Assembly: GCA_001662655.1 (NCBI GenBank) | Contig: KV460246.1 | Strand: one strand, 5' to 3' | From: Pseudogymnoascus verrucosus | Taxonomy: Eukaryota | Length of the DNA: 64,000 nt | Part shown: piece by piece, positions 46,427 through 60,412 of the stretch | Numbering within the stretch: position 1 is the stretch's first letter | Layout of the letters: every line of letters begins with the position of its first letter | Program-made: the position numbers and the translations under genes | Notes under the pieces: model-generated | The model's input: only the letters and a program-made list of their open reading frames with translations | Told to the model about the DNA's origin: nothing | Databases searched by the model: none

Positions 46427-48247
46427 ATGAAGTACGACCTAAATGCCTCCCTCGAAACCCCCCCACCCGTCGAACCCCCCACCGAGCTCCCAACCAAACA
46501 ACTCACGGTCGGGGAACCCACCCCGCGCCCCCCAAGCCGCAAACACTCCTCCTCGCAGGTCCCCACGCTCTCCACCCCCTTCGAGGACGCCGGCGTCCCC
46601 ACCGAGGGCGAGAGCTCCCCCGAATCCTCCGCAACCTCGTCCCGCGAGGTGACGCCGCCGCCGGCTGCGACGCTTGGGGGCGGCGGGGGGACGCCGCTTT
46701 GTACTATTCATGAGGATAGAAAGTTAGCTGTTTCGGGGGGGGATTGGTTGATGGGGAAGCCGTGGGTGTCGGTGGAGGAGAAGTGGGAAGGGGGGGAGAG
46801 GAAGGATGATGTGAAGACCTCTACGGGGACTGAGCCGCCGCGTGAGCCAAAGGGGCCGCAGAGAGAGGATGATGGACATGTGGTGAATGGGAACAGACTT
46901 ATTGGGGACTGGTCGCTTCCCTCGGCGGGGGTGGGGGAGTATATCGACAGTAACGGGGCGATAAGGGTACCTTATGAGATTGAGCAAGCGATGAGGAATA
47001 CCCCCGCGCCGCCGCATATGAAGTGGACAGCAGACAAGGTTATGAGTGAGATGCGGAGGGAGGAGGAGGAGCGGAGGGAGGCGGAGGAGCAGAGGCTGCG
47101 GGAAACGGAGGGGGAGAGGGTGGCGGAGACTGATGCTGAGAAAGAGGAGAGGTGGGGGATGGAGAGGCGGAGGAGAGTCGCGAGGGGGTGGGTGCGTGGC
47201 AGTGGCGGTGGAAGGGGCGGCAGCGGGAATGCGGGACCAGAACACGAGGACCCGGAAGAGGAGGAGCTGCCGGAGGAGGCGAATGAATATACACCCTCTG
47301 GAGCGGTGTCGCCGGAGATGATCGCTGCTGTGAGGGCGAGGTTGCAGGTGAAGTGGGCGGAGGAGGCGGCAGCGGCGGCTGAGAGAGCTGCTGAGAGGGA
47401 AGCGGCTGCTGCTAGGTCGGAGGCGGCTGCGAGAGAAGCGGCGGCAGTTTTGGCTGCGGCGGAGCCGGCGCTAGATCCTGCGCCGACGGATGTGGCGAGA
47501 AAGATTAAGGCGGCGGAGATGGCGAGGAAGGCGGTGGAGAATGAACCGCATTCGCCGGGTTGGAATGGAAGTACCTATGTTGATGGGCGCGAGCACCATT
47601 ACTGCGGCCCGGACTTCCCGTGTCAGATGGAGCCGGCGTGCGATCCCTCTATCAAGGAGATCTGGGAGAAGGGTCTCCCCATCGATCCTGAGGAGATGCC
47701 ATCGCCGAAGCGTCTTTCGTTCACCGAGCCGGTGCGCGCGTTGTTCGGCTTCAGGAAGTCGGGTCAGCCGGAGATGAAGTATAGGAAGCCTGTTTCCATT
47801 CAATCTATCCGCGTCGGCAATTCAGCGGAAACGGCGGTTCTTGACGAGCCACGGTCAAACACTCCACCTGGATCTGGCCGAAAACCGTCGCCCGCCGGTG
47901 GCGATGCTGAGAGGGGCGATTGCAGGACGATGAGGGGGTTGAAGAAGGTTTGGGGGTTCTGGACGAGCTTTGGTGGCAAGATGGGGCGTCGAGGGGTGGT
48001 GGTGACGAAGAGTGAGGAGAGCATTTCGGTGGTTCAGGGAGAGGATGATACCGATATGAGGTACGAAGCTGCTGAGGCCATTGCGGCTTCTGCGGCTGCG
48101 ACGAACCTTGCGGCTTCGGCATGCTATCCAGTGGGGGAGAGCACTGTGGAAACGGCGCAGGTTGTCCAGATGACGGAGAGTGGTACACCGATTGTTGGTG
48201 TTGAACGAAAATCGGAAAGTAATACAGAGAAATCGGCCACGAAGTAA
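46427..48247 (+). CDS. Hypothetical low-complexity Glu/Ala/Pro-rich protein
   Basis: 606-aa uninterrupted ORF with coiled-coil-like E/R/A runs; no family recognised. Confidence 0.6.
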   Translation: MKYDLNASLETPPPVEPPTELPTKQLTVGEPTPRPPSRKHSSSQVPTLSTPFEDAGVPTEGESSPESSATSSREVTPPPAATLGGGGGTPLCTIHEDRKLAVSGGDWLMGKPWVSVEEKWEGGERKDDVKTSTGTEPPREPKGPQREDDGHVVNGNRLIGDWSLPSAGVGEYIDSNGAIRVPYEIEQAMRNTPAPPHMKWTADKVMSEMRREEEERREAEEQRLRETEGERVAETDAEKEERWGMERRRRVARGWVRGSGGGRGGSGNAGPEHEDPEEEELPEEANEYTPSGAVSPEMIAAVRARLQVKWAEEAAAAAERAAEREAAAARSEAAAREAAAVLAAAEPALDPAPTDVARKIKAAEMARKAVENEPHSPGWNGSTYVDGREHHYCGPDFPCQMEPACDPSIKEIWEKGLPIDPEEMPSPKRLSFTEPVRALFGFRKSGQPEMKYRKPVSIQSIRVGNSAETAVLDEPRSNTPPGSGRKPSPAGGDAERGDCRTMRGLKKVWGFWTSFGGKMGRRGVVVTKSEESISVVQGEDDTDMRYEAAEAIAASAAATNLAASACYPVGESTVETAQVVQMTESGTPIVGVERKSESNTEKSATK

Positions 48248-49487
48248 TGGCAGAAGGAAAGAAGATGGATGTAATACAAAAGTTACTTGATATTTGCTCA
48301 CCTATGCAGCAAAACTACTAATTAACAATACAATTCCAGTATATAAAATTAATAACATATCAACTGCATCGTTCTCTCAAGGCGTAAAAACGTGAATATG
48401 TACCGAATAAATCACATGATCTCGTAGTTCATGAAACTACCAAAACGGAATCGTTTCAAAAACCCAAAACGACGAAATTAATTCAGGCGATTCAAGCTTT
48501 TCTGTTTCGATCGTCAAATGATGTCATTGGGCGGGGCGCCCCTTGTCTCAGATTCTCAGCGGATAATCGGCAATCTACAGGTCGATCGCGCGCGGTCTTG
48601 GCTGTTTGCGCCGATCGTCAGGGCAGTGCAAGAATTTTGATAAGAGATTTCTGAGTTGGGTAGTTGTTATTGTATATACAGTTAGAATGTCTCTAAATTA
48701 ATGCCGAAGTAAGTTAGAAAGCAATAGGAGTAAGAAGGGTATTCATATTTCGACGATTCAATCGATGTACTCGAACGATTTGGGATCGCGATGACCCACG
48801 TCCGTAAGATGATAATCTAGATAGAAAATTCTCATATGAGCGTTCCATTGCATTTGTATCTTCCAGCATTCACTCTATCACCACGGAACTATCCGATATG
48901 CAAACCGTAAAGCGCAATGGTATAAATACTATGTAGATAAATAATGGTGCGATCGTTTTCCGAAGAGGGAAACAGTGGAGGGAAGAGTGGAGAGAGAAAC
49001 AAGAGGAAACAGCAGGAGCGGAACGGGAAGAAACTGGTTGATTTCGTATTTCATGTTCACCAAACAGTCATCCAGCCATTCCCAACGCATTCCCGTGATT
49101 TTTAAAAATAGAAAGGCCATCTATCAATCCACTCTCCCGCGCTAAACTTGTTCTAGAGCGGTAGTGGTGGAGAGGAGGAGGGACTCGAAATTTGATACGA
49201 ATCTGACGACGGAGGAGACATTGAACCCTGCTCTCAGCCCGTCCCTACCATTACGTCTGTTTTACATACACCGCAGACACAACACTCTCTTTACATATTA
49301 CGACTTTCTTTTGGATATCAATTCCTTAGACAAACGGCTCCAATCGTCGTGGCGAATCTAGAATCTGCAGCTCCTGCTCGCCACCACACCCCATCTTCCC
49401 TCAATAGCTTCATCACTGCTCGCAACTGGCACCTCAAACAACGCTCTTGAACGCCGTCAATCTATCCCAGCGGCACCAGCCGCCACA

Positions 49488-51560
49488 ATGCCCATCCAGA
49501 AGGCGGACAGGCAGCGACCTCCTCATATCACGATCAACTCGGGGAGCGGGGGAGACATTCTCGCCGTGGAACCACACAGCAACAGCAGTACCGACTCTAT
49601 AACAACCCGACAGCTCCTACCGCCGCAGCCATTCGCATCCTCGCCGCATTCCAGCGGGACCGCATCGCCAATTTACGGACGGAGGCAGTTCCCCGAAAGC
49701 TCGGAGCTGTTATTACCCCGCGGTGCACCAGCGGCCTATCGCCCGTATCGCGATGTCTCGAATGCGACGGACCCTTACTCGACACATTCGTCGCGGCGGA
49801 CGAGTGCGAGTTCGGATGGGGGGAGATATGGACCTTTTGCTTCGCCGTTTGATGATAGGATAGGAGGGCCGGATGATGATAATGTGAATACGCAGACGGT
49901 GACGGAGAAGTATAATTGTGTGCCTACGCCGGGGTTATTAGTGTTTCCGGAAGACGTGGAGTTAGACGATGAGATGCATAACCCTGATCCGGATGAGAAG
50001 GAACATAGGGATGGGAATATTTGGACGAGGAGAGGAGCGGTTAATCTTGGAGGATTGGGGTTTCTTCTTTTGGGAATGTTGTCGCTATTTATTATATGGC
50101 CGGTATTGTATGTTGAATCCCTCCAGTCGTGGAATACCTTTGATTCTAACAGCTCGCAGAACTGTCGCCTTAAGGAAAAAGAATGCAGGCCACATTGGAT
50201 GCGAGGCGGATCCGGATTGTCTATCAGATTCAGTGCCACTATTGAAAAATATGAGGACGGGCCTTATTGACCCAGACACACCCGAATCGGTGAAAACGAA
50301 GACTTCAAAGGATGGAACGAAGCTAGAGCTAGTGTTCTCCGACGAATTCAAGAAATCCGGCCGCACATTCTACGACGGCGACGATCCATATTTCCAAGCA
50401 GTGGATATCTGGTATGGAGCAACGCAGGACCTGGAATGGTATGATCCAGACGCAGTTTCGACGGATAACGGAACGCTCAATCTACGATTCGACGCCTTTC
50501 AAAGTCACTTCCTCAACTACAGATCCGGTATGGTGCAGTCATGGAATAAATTATGTTTCAAAGGCGGCCGTTTGGAGGCAAGCATATCATTACCAGGGCG
50601 AGGCGACGTCGAAGGTTTCTGGCCCGGATTTTGGGCAATGGGAAACCTCGGGAGGCCTGGATACTTGTCCACTACTGACGGTCTGTGGCCTTACAGCTAC
50701 GAGGACAAGTGCGATGTTGGTATCACCAAGAACCAGAGTTCTACAGACGGTCTCTCATTACTCCCTGGCATGAGGCTTCCCGCCTGCACCTGCGCGGCCG
50801 AAGACCACCCCTCACCCGGCAAATCGCGCTCAGCCCCGGAGATCGACTGTATAGAAGCCTCGGTGGACTTCCTCGATCCCGCCGCTACCAGCAGCTACAC
50901 AGGCACTGCATCGCAGTCCTTCCAACTTGCCCCATTTGATATCTGGTACCAGCCTGACTACAATTTTATCGAGCTCTATGACCAGAAAGTTACGGGAATG
51001 AACACCTATCGTGGTGGTCCCTACCAGGAAGCTTTCTCCGCCGTGACGTTCCTCAATAATAAATGGTACGACGGCAATGCCTACCAGACGTATGGCTTTG
51101 AGTACAAGCCCGGAGCTAAGGGTGACCTGGTCTGGTTCGTCGGCGACGAATACACATGGAAGATCGATCCGCGCGCGCTGAGAGCGAACGGAAATATCGG
51201 ACAACGAATTATCCCCGAGGAGCCAATGGCCATGATCATGAATTTCGGGATGAGTAATTCGTTCGCGCAGGTCTTCCTGGCTGATCTGGCGAAGCTGATG
51301 CCGGCGACTATGCGCTTTGATTATATCCGTATCTATCAGGATCCGAACGAGAAGAGTGTGACGTGCGATCCGGTTGGGTATCCGACGACGGATTATATCA
51401 AGAATCATCCGGAGCCGTATGCCAATCCGAACTTGACGTTGTGGTAAGTTTTGAGCATTTTGACTTCCATCGGATTTGGTATAGGTTGTTAACAAGTAAT
51501 AGGGAGAAAACGAACTACGATTGGCCGCAGAATACCTTTGTTGATGGCTGCAAAGCGTGA
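49488..51560 (+). CDS. KRE6: KRE6/SKN1 family beta-1,6-glucan synthesis protein (GH16), 3 exons
   Basis: Type II TM segment; LIDPDTP, LVFSDEF, DLEWYDPD, YRSGMVQSWNKLCF, WPGFWAMGNLGR, APEID, MRFDYIRIYQ. Confidence 0.93.
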
Positions 51561-52190
51561 ATGGGGCGTATAGAAGATGTGGGTGAAGTGTTGATAGAAA
51601 GCAACGAGATTTTAGTCGCATTGGAGGTGTACAAAAGAGTGTTTCCCCACCCGAAACAAGATAATCGCGAAGCAATCGAGTACCGACAGGGTTCTCATAC
51701 TTGCATATTTTGCCAGTTAGGTACGTGTCAGGTTGAACAAATGAGCCGGCAAGCTTGGTAGGAGTTTTTGGGATTCGGCCGCATTTATGGCTATATATGA
51801 GGAGTTCTGGATATGCCCTGGGATATAGAGACTTTGGAAAGAGGATGATGGATGTATGATGACTTGTAGAAAGAATATATGGATGAGATAGAGAACCCTT
51901 GAGTGGAGCGGGGAAATAAAATGTGAATATATCCCAACCTTGGTTTTATGCTTCGTATCCGAGTAGGTGGGGACGGGAGAAAGACTCCAATATATTGAAC
52001 ACGAGAGAGAGACGAGGGGGACACTACTGGTACAATTACTTTACCAGAGAATAACTCAACTTCGATATAACAATAAAAGGCATGTTATTATTACAGCTGT
52101 TGGTATCGTGAGCCTCCCAGCTGCCTTCCCTCGTTTCGAGCAGCAGTCGACACTCAAGTAGGGCAATTCCCACGTCTCCGCCAATCAAAA

Positions 52191-52262
52191 GGGGATATGG
52201 TTTAGTGGTATAACGCGTCTTTCGCATAGATGAGGTCCGGCGTTCGATTCGCCGTTTCTCCA
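52191..52262 (+). tRNA. tRNA-Ala (CGC), intronless
   Basis: Cloverleaf with acceptor GGGGATA/TTTCTCC carrying the G3:U70 Ala determinant, anticodon loop TTCGCAT, T-arm CGGCG-TTCGATT-CGCCG, discriminator A. Confidence 0.95.
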
Positions 52263-53193
52263 ATGACCTAAAGAGCTTCTTCTTCGGAAGGGGCCCTGAT
52301 TTTTTTACTCTTTTTTGCGTCGTCGACAACTTCGGCTGCGCAGCGACGGGCTCCCTGCATTTGGTGCCATGGATGATCATAGGATATCTCAGGGTTTGAC
52401 TGACATTGCACGCAAGGGAAATCAAGACAGATACATGAAGTCGTGAGTATAGGGTAATTTTTATTTTATATGGACAAAAAAAAATCACTCAAAAAAATCT
52501 TTGAAGCTCTCCAAGAGATATACGCACTAAGCGAACCTGCAGCACGTCCATCTTGGCTTTCGCCGGACAAGAGGCAGGATTATAAAAGGCGAAAAAATCG
52601 CTCTAGCATATCCGGGAATGTAATTAGGCCATTGAAAACCAAGGATAGTGAGTCCTCGGTCCCGAGACGGATCTCGGGAGGGCCAACTCATGGGTATGTT
52701 GGACTGCAAATAGTATATATGGACAAAAGAGAGGACATTGTTACGACGCGGCTGCTTCAACTGCGCTTTCCGGGTAGAAGATGTGTCCCTTCTCTTCATT
52801 GGAAACGTAGGTGCCATAAGACGGTACTGAGTAGAGTGTGATCTTGCAGACAGAAGCTGGAAGTGCTCATGTAAAGCTCAATGGCCTGGTGCAACCATTT
52901 TGGAATGAAAAGGGACACAGCTTCCACGCTGAGAGCATGGTTGGAGCAGGTGCGCCGGTTGTAGCGATGTTAGGGAAAGAGAAAGGTCAAATGGAAAACA
53001 TTGGGAAATATATTGCCGTGCGCCACGCTAGTGGAACATACGCTAAACTGTTTTGGGACACTATTGACACAGTGTAAGCCGCCGATTCAATCAATCAAGC
53101 ACAATTCATTATGCATTTTATATGTTTAGTGTAGAAATATATATATTCATTCAAAAGTGGTTATCAAAACAAGCCTCTACATCGGCAATAATT

Positions 53194-54307
53194 CTAAGCC
53201 GCCTGCTCCATCGTCTGGAAGCTCCCTATCATATTCTTCGTATAAGAATCCGCATCCGACGTTATCGCCGCCATATTGACTCGACTCTGCAGCGTGTTAT
53301 TCACACTATCAACCACCTCCCTCTCCGCCATAATCTCGCTCATCACTCTAGTCTCATTCACCCAGTACTCACCGGCCTTTCCGCGCAGGCCCTCGTCCCT
53401 GTTAACCGTGTTCAACAGCACAGCCGCGGCGCTCATCTTGGATCTCGCGGAATCCAGAACTTTCGTCGCGGTCTCGAGGCGCTCGGCTGGGGAGACGGGG
53501 ATGACGAATGCGCGGTTCGTGGAGGAGAGGAAGAGGAGCCAGCCTATTAGGCCGTCGAGACCAGCAAGAGTAATGTAGCGGTATGTGTGGGTTCTCCAGA
53601 AGAACATATCCAAGTCCTCCAAACGTGTCGCCTTCGCATTCAACTTGTGGTCGTATTCCGAAAGGTATGACATATCCACCACAGCTATAATGACTGCGCA
53701 AATCGTAGCAAATCGCCTCCACACTGTGCCTTCCTCGCCCACAAACATCCCCGAGGTTGCCACGGCTAGCACGGCGAGGTTGAAGATATGCGGGATCAGC
53801 ACGGAGGACATGGTGTAGTAGTAAAAGCTTCTGTGGTCGTCTGCTTTGCAGAACAGGCAGTTGCCGATGGCATCGGGGCCGAATTTGAGGTAGAGGAGTT
53901 TCGACTCGAGGGAAACGAGCTTCTCGCGCAACCGATGGTCCAGTTCGGTCAGGCCATTTGGTCGTATGGCGGTGAGGCGTGTGAACAGTACGTCCACGGG
54001 TATCTGTATGCGGGATTGTGTCTTTGAGAAGATGTTCTCCTCTGAGAACATCGGTAGTGTCGCGATGAGTAGGATGACGGCTATGACGAAGAGTATGCCC
54101 AGCGCTCTAGACACTGCCGGGGGCACTGGTCGAATCGGCCTTCCTGGTTTCTTTGCATTTGCTCGGAATGATCGGTAGTATCCGATAGCCTTGGGTAGGA
54201 GCATAGGCCCAAAGAACATAAGGAGCGACTTGATGCTTTTGAGACATTAGCTGGGCTGTTTAATTTTATGTGGCATGGCGATATACATACGTCCCCCATG
54301 ATACCAT
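53194..54307 (-). CDS. Conserved fungal multi-pass membrane protein of unknown function (2 exons)
   Basis: MVSWGT|IKSLLMFFGPMLLPKA; ENIF..TQSRIQ.P.DVLFTRL, YLKFGPDA, C..C; several TM helices. Confidence 0.8.
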
Positions 54308-54953
54308 CTTTGCGGTATTACTTTGCTAAAGCAAGTTCAATACCTTATATCGTGCGCGAAACTGTGTTCCCAAAAGTTAACATAGCCGTGGGCGCATGGC
54401 GCTTACTATTTCGTTGATGCCAGATGGGCTGGCGGCAGAACGACCCCTGTGGGCCGAGCGGTCAGCCTAACGCGGACTAGCGGCTGGCACGATCTTTTGT
54501 TATCGAAAGCTCGCAAACTTCACTTTGTTCCTCTTTCAACATCATTTCACAACAATTTGGCCAAGTTTCAACCCAAGGACTGCCAAGTGTACTACATCAC
54601 GTATTACATATGTTTACTGAGTATATCTGTGGTTATATGCAACCTCCAAGCTAAACAAGCATTTGCATAGCTCTATTTTTCCTTCTTCTCCCCTCAGATC
54701 CCCCAGTGGCACTTTCGAAGCTTTGGTGACCCCTTCAGTGGTTTCTCACAGTCAAAAAGAATGCCCAGAACGAGCCCCAAGCACTCTGCCAAGAGTCATC
54801 TCACTCGTGTTGCAAGGTCGAGCTGAACAAGCCAAGACATCCTTTGCGTCTTTATTGATGAGAGACAATTCCAAGCCCTCCCCAAGAAAACTTAGTCAAT
54901 AGGCCATTAGTTCATTTAAGCTATTATGCAATGCAATACCCTAATTGTACAAT

Positions 54954-55754
54954 CTATAACTCCTTTTTCGCCTCTGCCTTTTCCGTGCTCGCCGGCATGC
55001 TCGCCTTTTCCCCTCCAGCTTTCATCGGCACCGCCGTCTTCTTCTCCTTCTGCTGCCCCTTCCCAGCCTTCGCCGTCATAACCAACCCCACCACCGCCAC
55101 AACCGCATCACTAACCAGCAGTATCACAGCGGCACACGCCATCCCCCACACCTGTATACTAATCGACCCCAGCGGCGCCCGCGGACACGACAGCAGCCAC
55201 TCTGCATAATACGGGATCCTGCCGTGCGGAAGCCAGAACATGGGCTGCTTGGCGTACCAGAACTGGATGAGCATCCGGAGGCCATTTGTGCCGAGCCAGC
55301 GGAGGGCCGAGACGACGCTGGTGAATTTGGCTTTGTGGCTGTCGAGCGCGGCCTCTGGTGGGGGATGGGGTTAGCGATGGAGTTTAAGAGGGGGTAGGGG
55401 AGGGGAGGGGGGGCGTACTCCTCTTCTCGAGTGTCTCGAGTTTTTTGTCATGCGTTCTGCTGAGTTTGGCCCATTTGGCGAATTGGTCTTGTGCGCTTAC
55501 GGAGTTGAGCTCTTTTCGGATAGCGAGGTATTCTGCTTGGAGCTTCTTTTGCTCTTTGAAGGCTTTGGATGTGGGTGTAGGGAGGCTGTTATATAGGTTC
55601 CATAGCTAGATTCCCCAGGTTAGCTCTCGTGGGTTTGGTGGCCAGGGGGGGACGTATGTTGCCTTACCAGAGTATTGACCGCGGACGCACCTATGGTGTT
55701 CACAAGATGGATGGCCAGCTGCAGAATGAAGACGGTGACGAGCAGGGACGGCAT
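54954..55754 (-). CDS. GET1: ER membrane insertase subunit Get1/WRB (3 exons)
   Basis: MPSLLVTVFILQLAIHLVNTIG; SAQDQFAKWAKL coiled coil; PMFWLPHG..PYY.EWLLS.PRAPLGSISIQVW. Confidence 0.93.
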
Positions 55755-56333
55755 CTTTAATTCGGGAGACGGACCCCTCGAGGAACGACACTTGGCGAGG
55801 GAGGGTGTGTTGGTGGTAGGATCCTGGGGGTTGTAATGCCCCTGTTTGCTAGTAGCTTTCCATGAAGCTGTGATGTGATGACATGTCTCGTGTGCGCGCG
55901 GGGAGCCTCGTTACTTTTTATATGTTGGCCTGAGGCACGGGTCATGCGTCTCATATTTTGTTTGATAGCGAGCTGACTGGACTGTTTCCGTAACGACCAC
56001 TGAGTTGTTTCATTTCAACGATTTTTTTGTGAAACGATTTTCAGAGTGAGACAGGAAGAGCTTTTGTCTTACTAATATTTGTTTGTGTCATGTGGAAATA
56101 TACAAATCATCGTTCGGGGCTAATAGTTGTTCAGGCATTTTGTTTCTCGGCACAAGAGCGAAGCTTTGGTTTAAGTTGTGCGCTCTCCGAGACAAGACAT
56201 ATGAATAAAAACGGTTCTGTCTAAAAATAAGCCTCTGGGCCATCAAAATCTAGAGCCCTCTCAGCCCTCTGCAGTCCCAAAGCGGAAGCAGGTTCTAGGC
56301 CGGTCTGTTACCGATTGCCCCCCCCCCCAAAAA

Positions 56334-57398
56334 ATGTCCGACGACGAGGCACCTGGATTCTCCCTAGAATATGAGGCGCTAGTCGGGCTCCTCAACACGA
56401 GAATATCAGCCGGTCCCTTAGGCATCGAAATCCTCCCCGATGCGAGTTTCATGGTATCTCCTGGCCGCGTCGCCGAGATCGTAAACAACACCCTCGGCGT
56501 ACCCAAACCCGTTCTCGCCAAAGCCTTCATCGCCGCTCGTCGGATCTTCTTCGAGCACGTGGACAACCTGGCCGAGAACGCGGAACTCATCCTCGACACC
56601 ACCTCCATCATCCTTCTCTTCGACCCTGAGCACATCACCGCTGCCAATGCGCGGAAGCGGATCTGTCTCGGCTTCCCCTACCGCGCGCGCTCTGAGCCCG
56701 AGCAGCTCAGGCGGCTGGAGGAGGAGTTATGGTTCAGCAGGTTTCTGCTCATTTCGAGGCTGAAGCGGCATAATAAGTCTCCGACGCTGTGGGCGCATCG
56801 GAGGTGGCTGATCAAGAACTTCTATTCGTTGGGGGGGTTGTTACTGGAGCCGAAATGGGTGCTGTTTGAGATCGAGGAGGTGGGGCTGATTTCGGCGGAG
56901 AACCATCCTAGGAATTACTACGCGTGGGATTATATGCGTTGGTTGATCGCGGAGAGGCCGGGGTTGGATCAGAAGACGAGGTCGGAGTTGAATAGGCCGC
57001 TGGCGAATATGATGGAGAAGTGGTGTAAGCATCATACCAGCGATACGTCTGGGTGGTCGTTTCTGGCGTGGATGATACTGCGGCAACCGCAGACCGACCC
57101 GCGCGCTGGTCAGAATTTACAGGCCCATGTCGGGGCGGAGATTCTGGACTATGCGATGTTGTTGGGGTTGAAGAACTTGTCGTTGTGGAAGTTTTTGCAG
57201 GAGATTTTGGGGTTTCCGAAGAGTGAGGAGGTGGATGACGTGAGGTTACAGTATTTGACGGAGTTGAGCGATTTGAGGGCAGGTGAGCCGAAGGGGTCGG
57301 CGTTGCAGGTGTTTGCGACGAAGAGTTTGATTGCTATTGGGAAGTACGAAGAATCCAGAACAGGATTGAAGATGATGGTTGGTGGTTTGGTGGTTTAA
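56334..57398 (+). CDS. Protein prenyltransferase alpha-subunit repeat protein (PTAR1/Ecm9-like)
   Basis: LLFDPEHITAANARKR, KSPTLWAHRRWL, ENHPRNYYAWDYMR, HTSDTSGWSF PPTA-type repeats. Confidence 0.85.
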   Translation: MSDDEAPGFSLEYEALVGLLNTRISAGPLGIEILPDASFMVSPGRVAEIVNNTLGVPKPVLAKAFIAARRIFFEHVDNLAENAELILDTTSIILLFDPEHITAANARKRICLGFPYRARSEPEQLRRLEEELWFSRFLLISRLKRHNKSPTLWAHRRWLIKNFYSLGGLLLEPKWVLFEIEEVGLISAENHPRNYYAWDYMRWLIAERPGLDQKTRSELNRPLANMMEKWCKHHTSDTSGWSFLAWMILRQPQTDPRAGQNLQAHVGAEILDYAMLLGLKNLSLWKFLQEILGFPKSEEVDDVRLQYLTELSDLRAGEPKGSALQVFATKSLIAIGKYEESRTGLKMMVGGLVV

Positions 57399-60300
57399 AC
57401 GACCGTTTATGAAGCTATATGAAGATACACCAGATTACGATTGAGAATGATAGTGTCAGTTTTAATGGCCGTCTACGAAGTTATATGAAGAAGCCAAGCC
57501 CTCACAGAGAACACTGGGTGCCATTGGGAATGAAGCGCTGCTTGTTATAGATTGTCCATCAACAAAATACTAAGTTATATAATTCCTTCCATCACGAATA
57601 TTAACCATCCTCAAGAAAATCACCCCCACGAAAACATGAAACACATCCAACTATCACGTTAAAAGCGAACGAAGCTACTGCGCCATGGACCCCATACTCA
57701 GCCATCGCTTGACGCATTCATTATCAGATCCAATCCCACTCAACCCAGTGTGCAAGGACTCCTAACCCATGTCACAATCGCGCGCATCCGAACCGAATCT
57801 CAAAATCTCAATACCTTGGAAATCAGAAACACCCGGTCCAGCCCATCATCTCCATATCTCTCATCGTTCCTCCTCTAAAACCAAACCCGCATCGATAATC
57901 GCTCTCCATAGCATCGAGAATCGCTCCATCACGAAATCAAGAAAGTTAGTCTTAGCGGCTGAAACATGAAACATGCCAGTCCTCCTTCCCTTCCCCGCCC
58001 CCCTTTTTTGGTCGTTTGTCGTTTAAGGTACATACCATACCAGTATGTTGGTGGCGGATTTTGGCTCGAGCGGACGGAACGAACGCCCAGACCATGTCAT
58101 GTTCGTGTCCGTGTCCACTCACCGCGATTTTTGAGCGACAGAAACAGGAATCATAGTGGACGTGCATGCGTGCGTGTGGATGGACGTGGGTTTGTCTGTT
58201 CGCTACGGATGGTAGGTGCAGTACCCACCTCTCACTTTTCTTGAGGTTTTGTATGCACAGACAGTTGAGTAGAGTAATTACTGTACAGTGATTACTGTAC
58301 TGTACGGACAGAACGGTACTCCGCACCGCATCCGACCAACAGAACACCACCAGAACACACAGCAGCGTCGTATCGGGCGTCCATGACTGCAGCAAACTCG
58401 TGCTTCATGTGCTGCAAGATGAAAAGACTCGCAGCCAGCCTGCGTGTCTGAGACATGAAATAAGGATGTCCGCCACTAACTCCATCCCCTCGTAGCCCAG
58501 CCTCAACTGGTAGCAGTAGCAGGAGAAGAAGAAAGGTTAGCGCGGATAACTCAGCTAGCCAGCCCGTCTTCTGTCCCCACCGTTCGACTCCATCTTGAGT
58601 GCCGCCCATAATATCCCTCCCCCTTGCCCTTACTCGCTGAACTGACATCACTTATCGCTCACGAACATGTGCCACTCCTCTCTCCGTAGACTTAGACCCG
58701 GCCTTTCCATCAGGGGTTCTCCATCCTCCATGCCGAGTACTCCTCTACCAACGCCCGCTCAAGCCGCACCACGAGATAAGGAGCGCCCTTCCCCCCCTCG
58801 CCACGGCGGTCTGTGAGTGGACGGGTGTGGTGTCCAATCTGCGTTCTTGGTCTGCGTTCTTGGCAGTTCGTTCGGAAGCGGAGTGGGATCAGCGCGGATC
58901 AGCGGTGGGTGGTGAGAGTCCGAGTTGGTCCGTTTTTTTGTGTGTGGATGAGGAGACGAGGAGGAGGGGAGCGACAGGGGGAGGGTATGCATGGGGCAAG
59001 TGGGAAGAGGGAAGAGGACGCTGAGGGAGGGCGCTAGGGATGGAATGAGTGTAGCCGCCGGGGGGTGCGATGGGGTGGATGTAGCTTTTGGCGGGGATTA
59101 AGGTGAGAGGGTACTTGGTCAGAATTCTAAATCTTGGAGTGGTTACTGGTGTGTCTTTTAGCCGTCGGGCTATCTGCAGAGAAGGAAGCTATACTAACGC
59201 TGTATCCGTCGTATTCTTAGTATTCCGCCGAGGAGGATGACATGCGGCTTTTTACTCTCTTTTTCTCTCCCTCTCCCTCTCCCCTTTTTCTGTGTAGCTG
59301 TGCAGAAAAGTGTCTTTCAACGTAGAAACATACATATGTAAACACTATGTCTGTACAGTAAACAAACATGTGTCACTCACCTGCCCTGCCCTGCCCCTAA
59401 ATCATCGCGTCGCGACACACAAAATCTCGTCCACCAAGTGCTTTTCCTGTCCTGTCCTCCTGCCGCCGCCGCCGATCAAGAATCTCGGGAAACTAGAAAC
59501 TAGAATCCAGCCTCCAGGGATCTGATTTAGTGTTAGCGTACCTGCAGCTCCCCCTCCACAAACCTCCACATTTCACACTACGATGACCTTCGGACGCTTT
59601 GGATCCCTTGGCAACCACCGCTAACCACCGCTACCACCACTGCTGGTTGCTGCTTGCCGCTTTCTGCGCCCACCACCACCACAACCACCAAGAAACATCC
59701 CCATAACCTCCTACCTCTGCCCACCCTGCACCTTCCTCCCCTCCCTGTATTCAAGATTCCACTCTTTCTCCACGTCACCGTCACCGACCTCTCTACCTCT
59801 CTCCCTCTCTCTTCCGATCCTTCGCTCTAGAGTAGTCGGCTTTCTTGTTCTTCTCTCGACCTGTTCCCTTTCGAATCCGATTTCTAGATCTTGAACAACT
59901 TGTCTTAGCCTGCATCTTTCGTTTTCTGTGCTTGCCCATTTCCGTCGTTGATTCATATATACCAGTGCCATTTTCACTCCAGGATATTCTCCAACTCGCC
60001 CATACCGATACCACTGCCAGAAAGAAAGAGATCTTGTCGACGACAGCACTGTCATCGACGCGTCTGTCCGGATCACATGGGTCCCAGGTAATCGTCCAAT
60101 TGCTGTTTCCCAGAGGGAAGGGGAGGGATACCATTCACCTGGCTTGACCGGTGATACTTGGGAAGGAAAGAACGACTCAGACCTCATACTTTATACCGAT
60201 ATACCCTGAATCTACGCCTTCTATTTCGACTACACAACGGCTTCACATATTACTGTCTTCCTTGACATATCGCAGCTTCATTATTCCAATTATTTCTACG

Positions 60301-60412
60301 AATATTGGTACAATCACAGCTACCAACCTCGAGGTTTTTTAGAACCCAATCGACACCGAAGACATCCGATGATAGCGACTTGAAGGTTGCATTCCTCACA
60401 AGTTATCCAAGG

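Noticed and set aside
50830..51675. 281-aa antisense ORF over KRE6 (and similar antisense ORFs over AA9, PhnA and DyP)
   Set aside because: Shadow ORFs produced by codon bias of the real genes.
57400..60400. 3-kb gene-free region with purine/pyrimidine tracts and many short ORFs
   Set aside because: No supported CDS or RNA structure; consistent with a long promoter/5' UTR of the aspartic protease.
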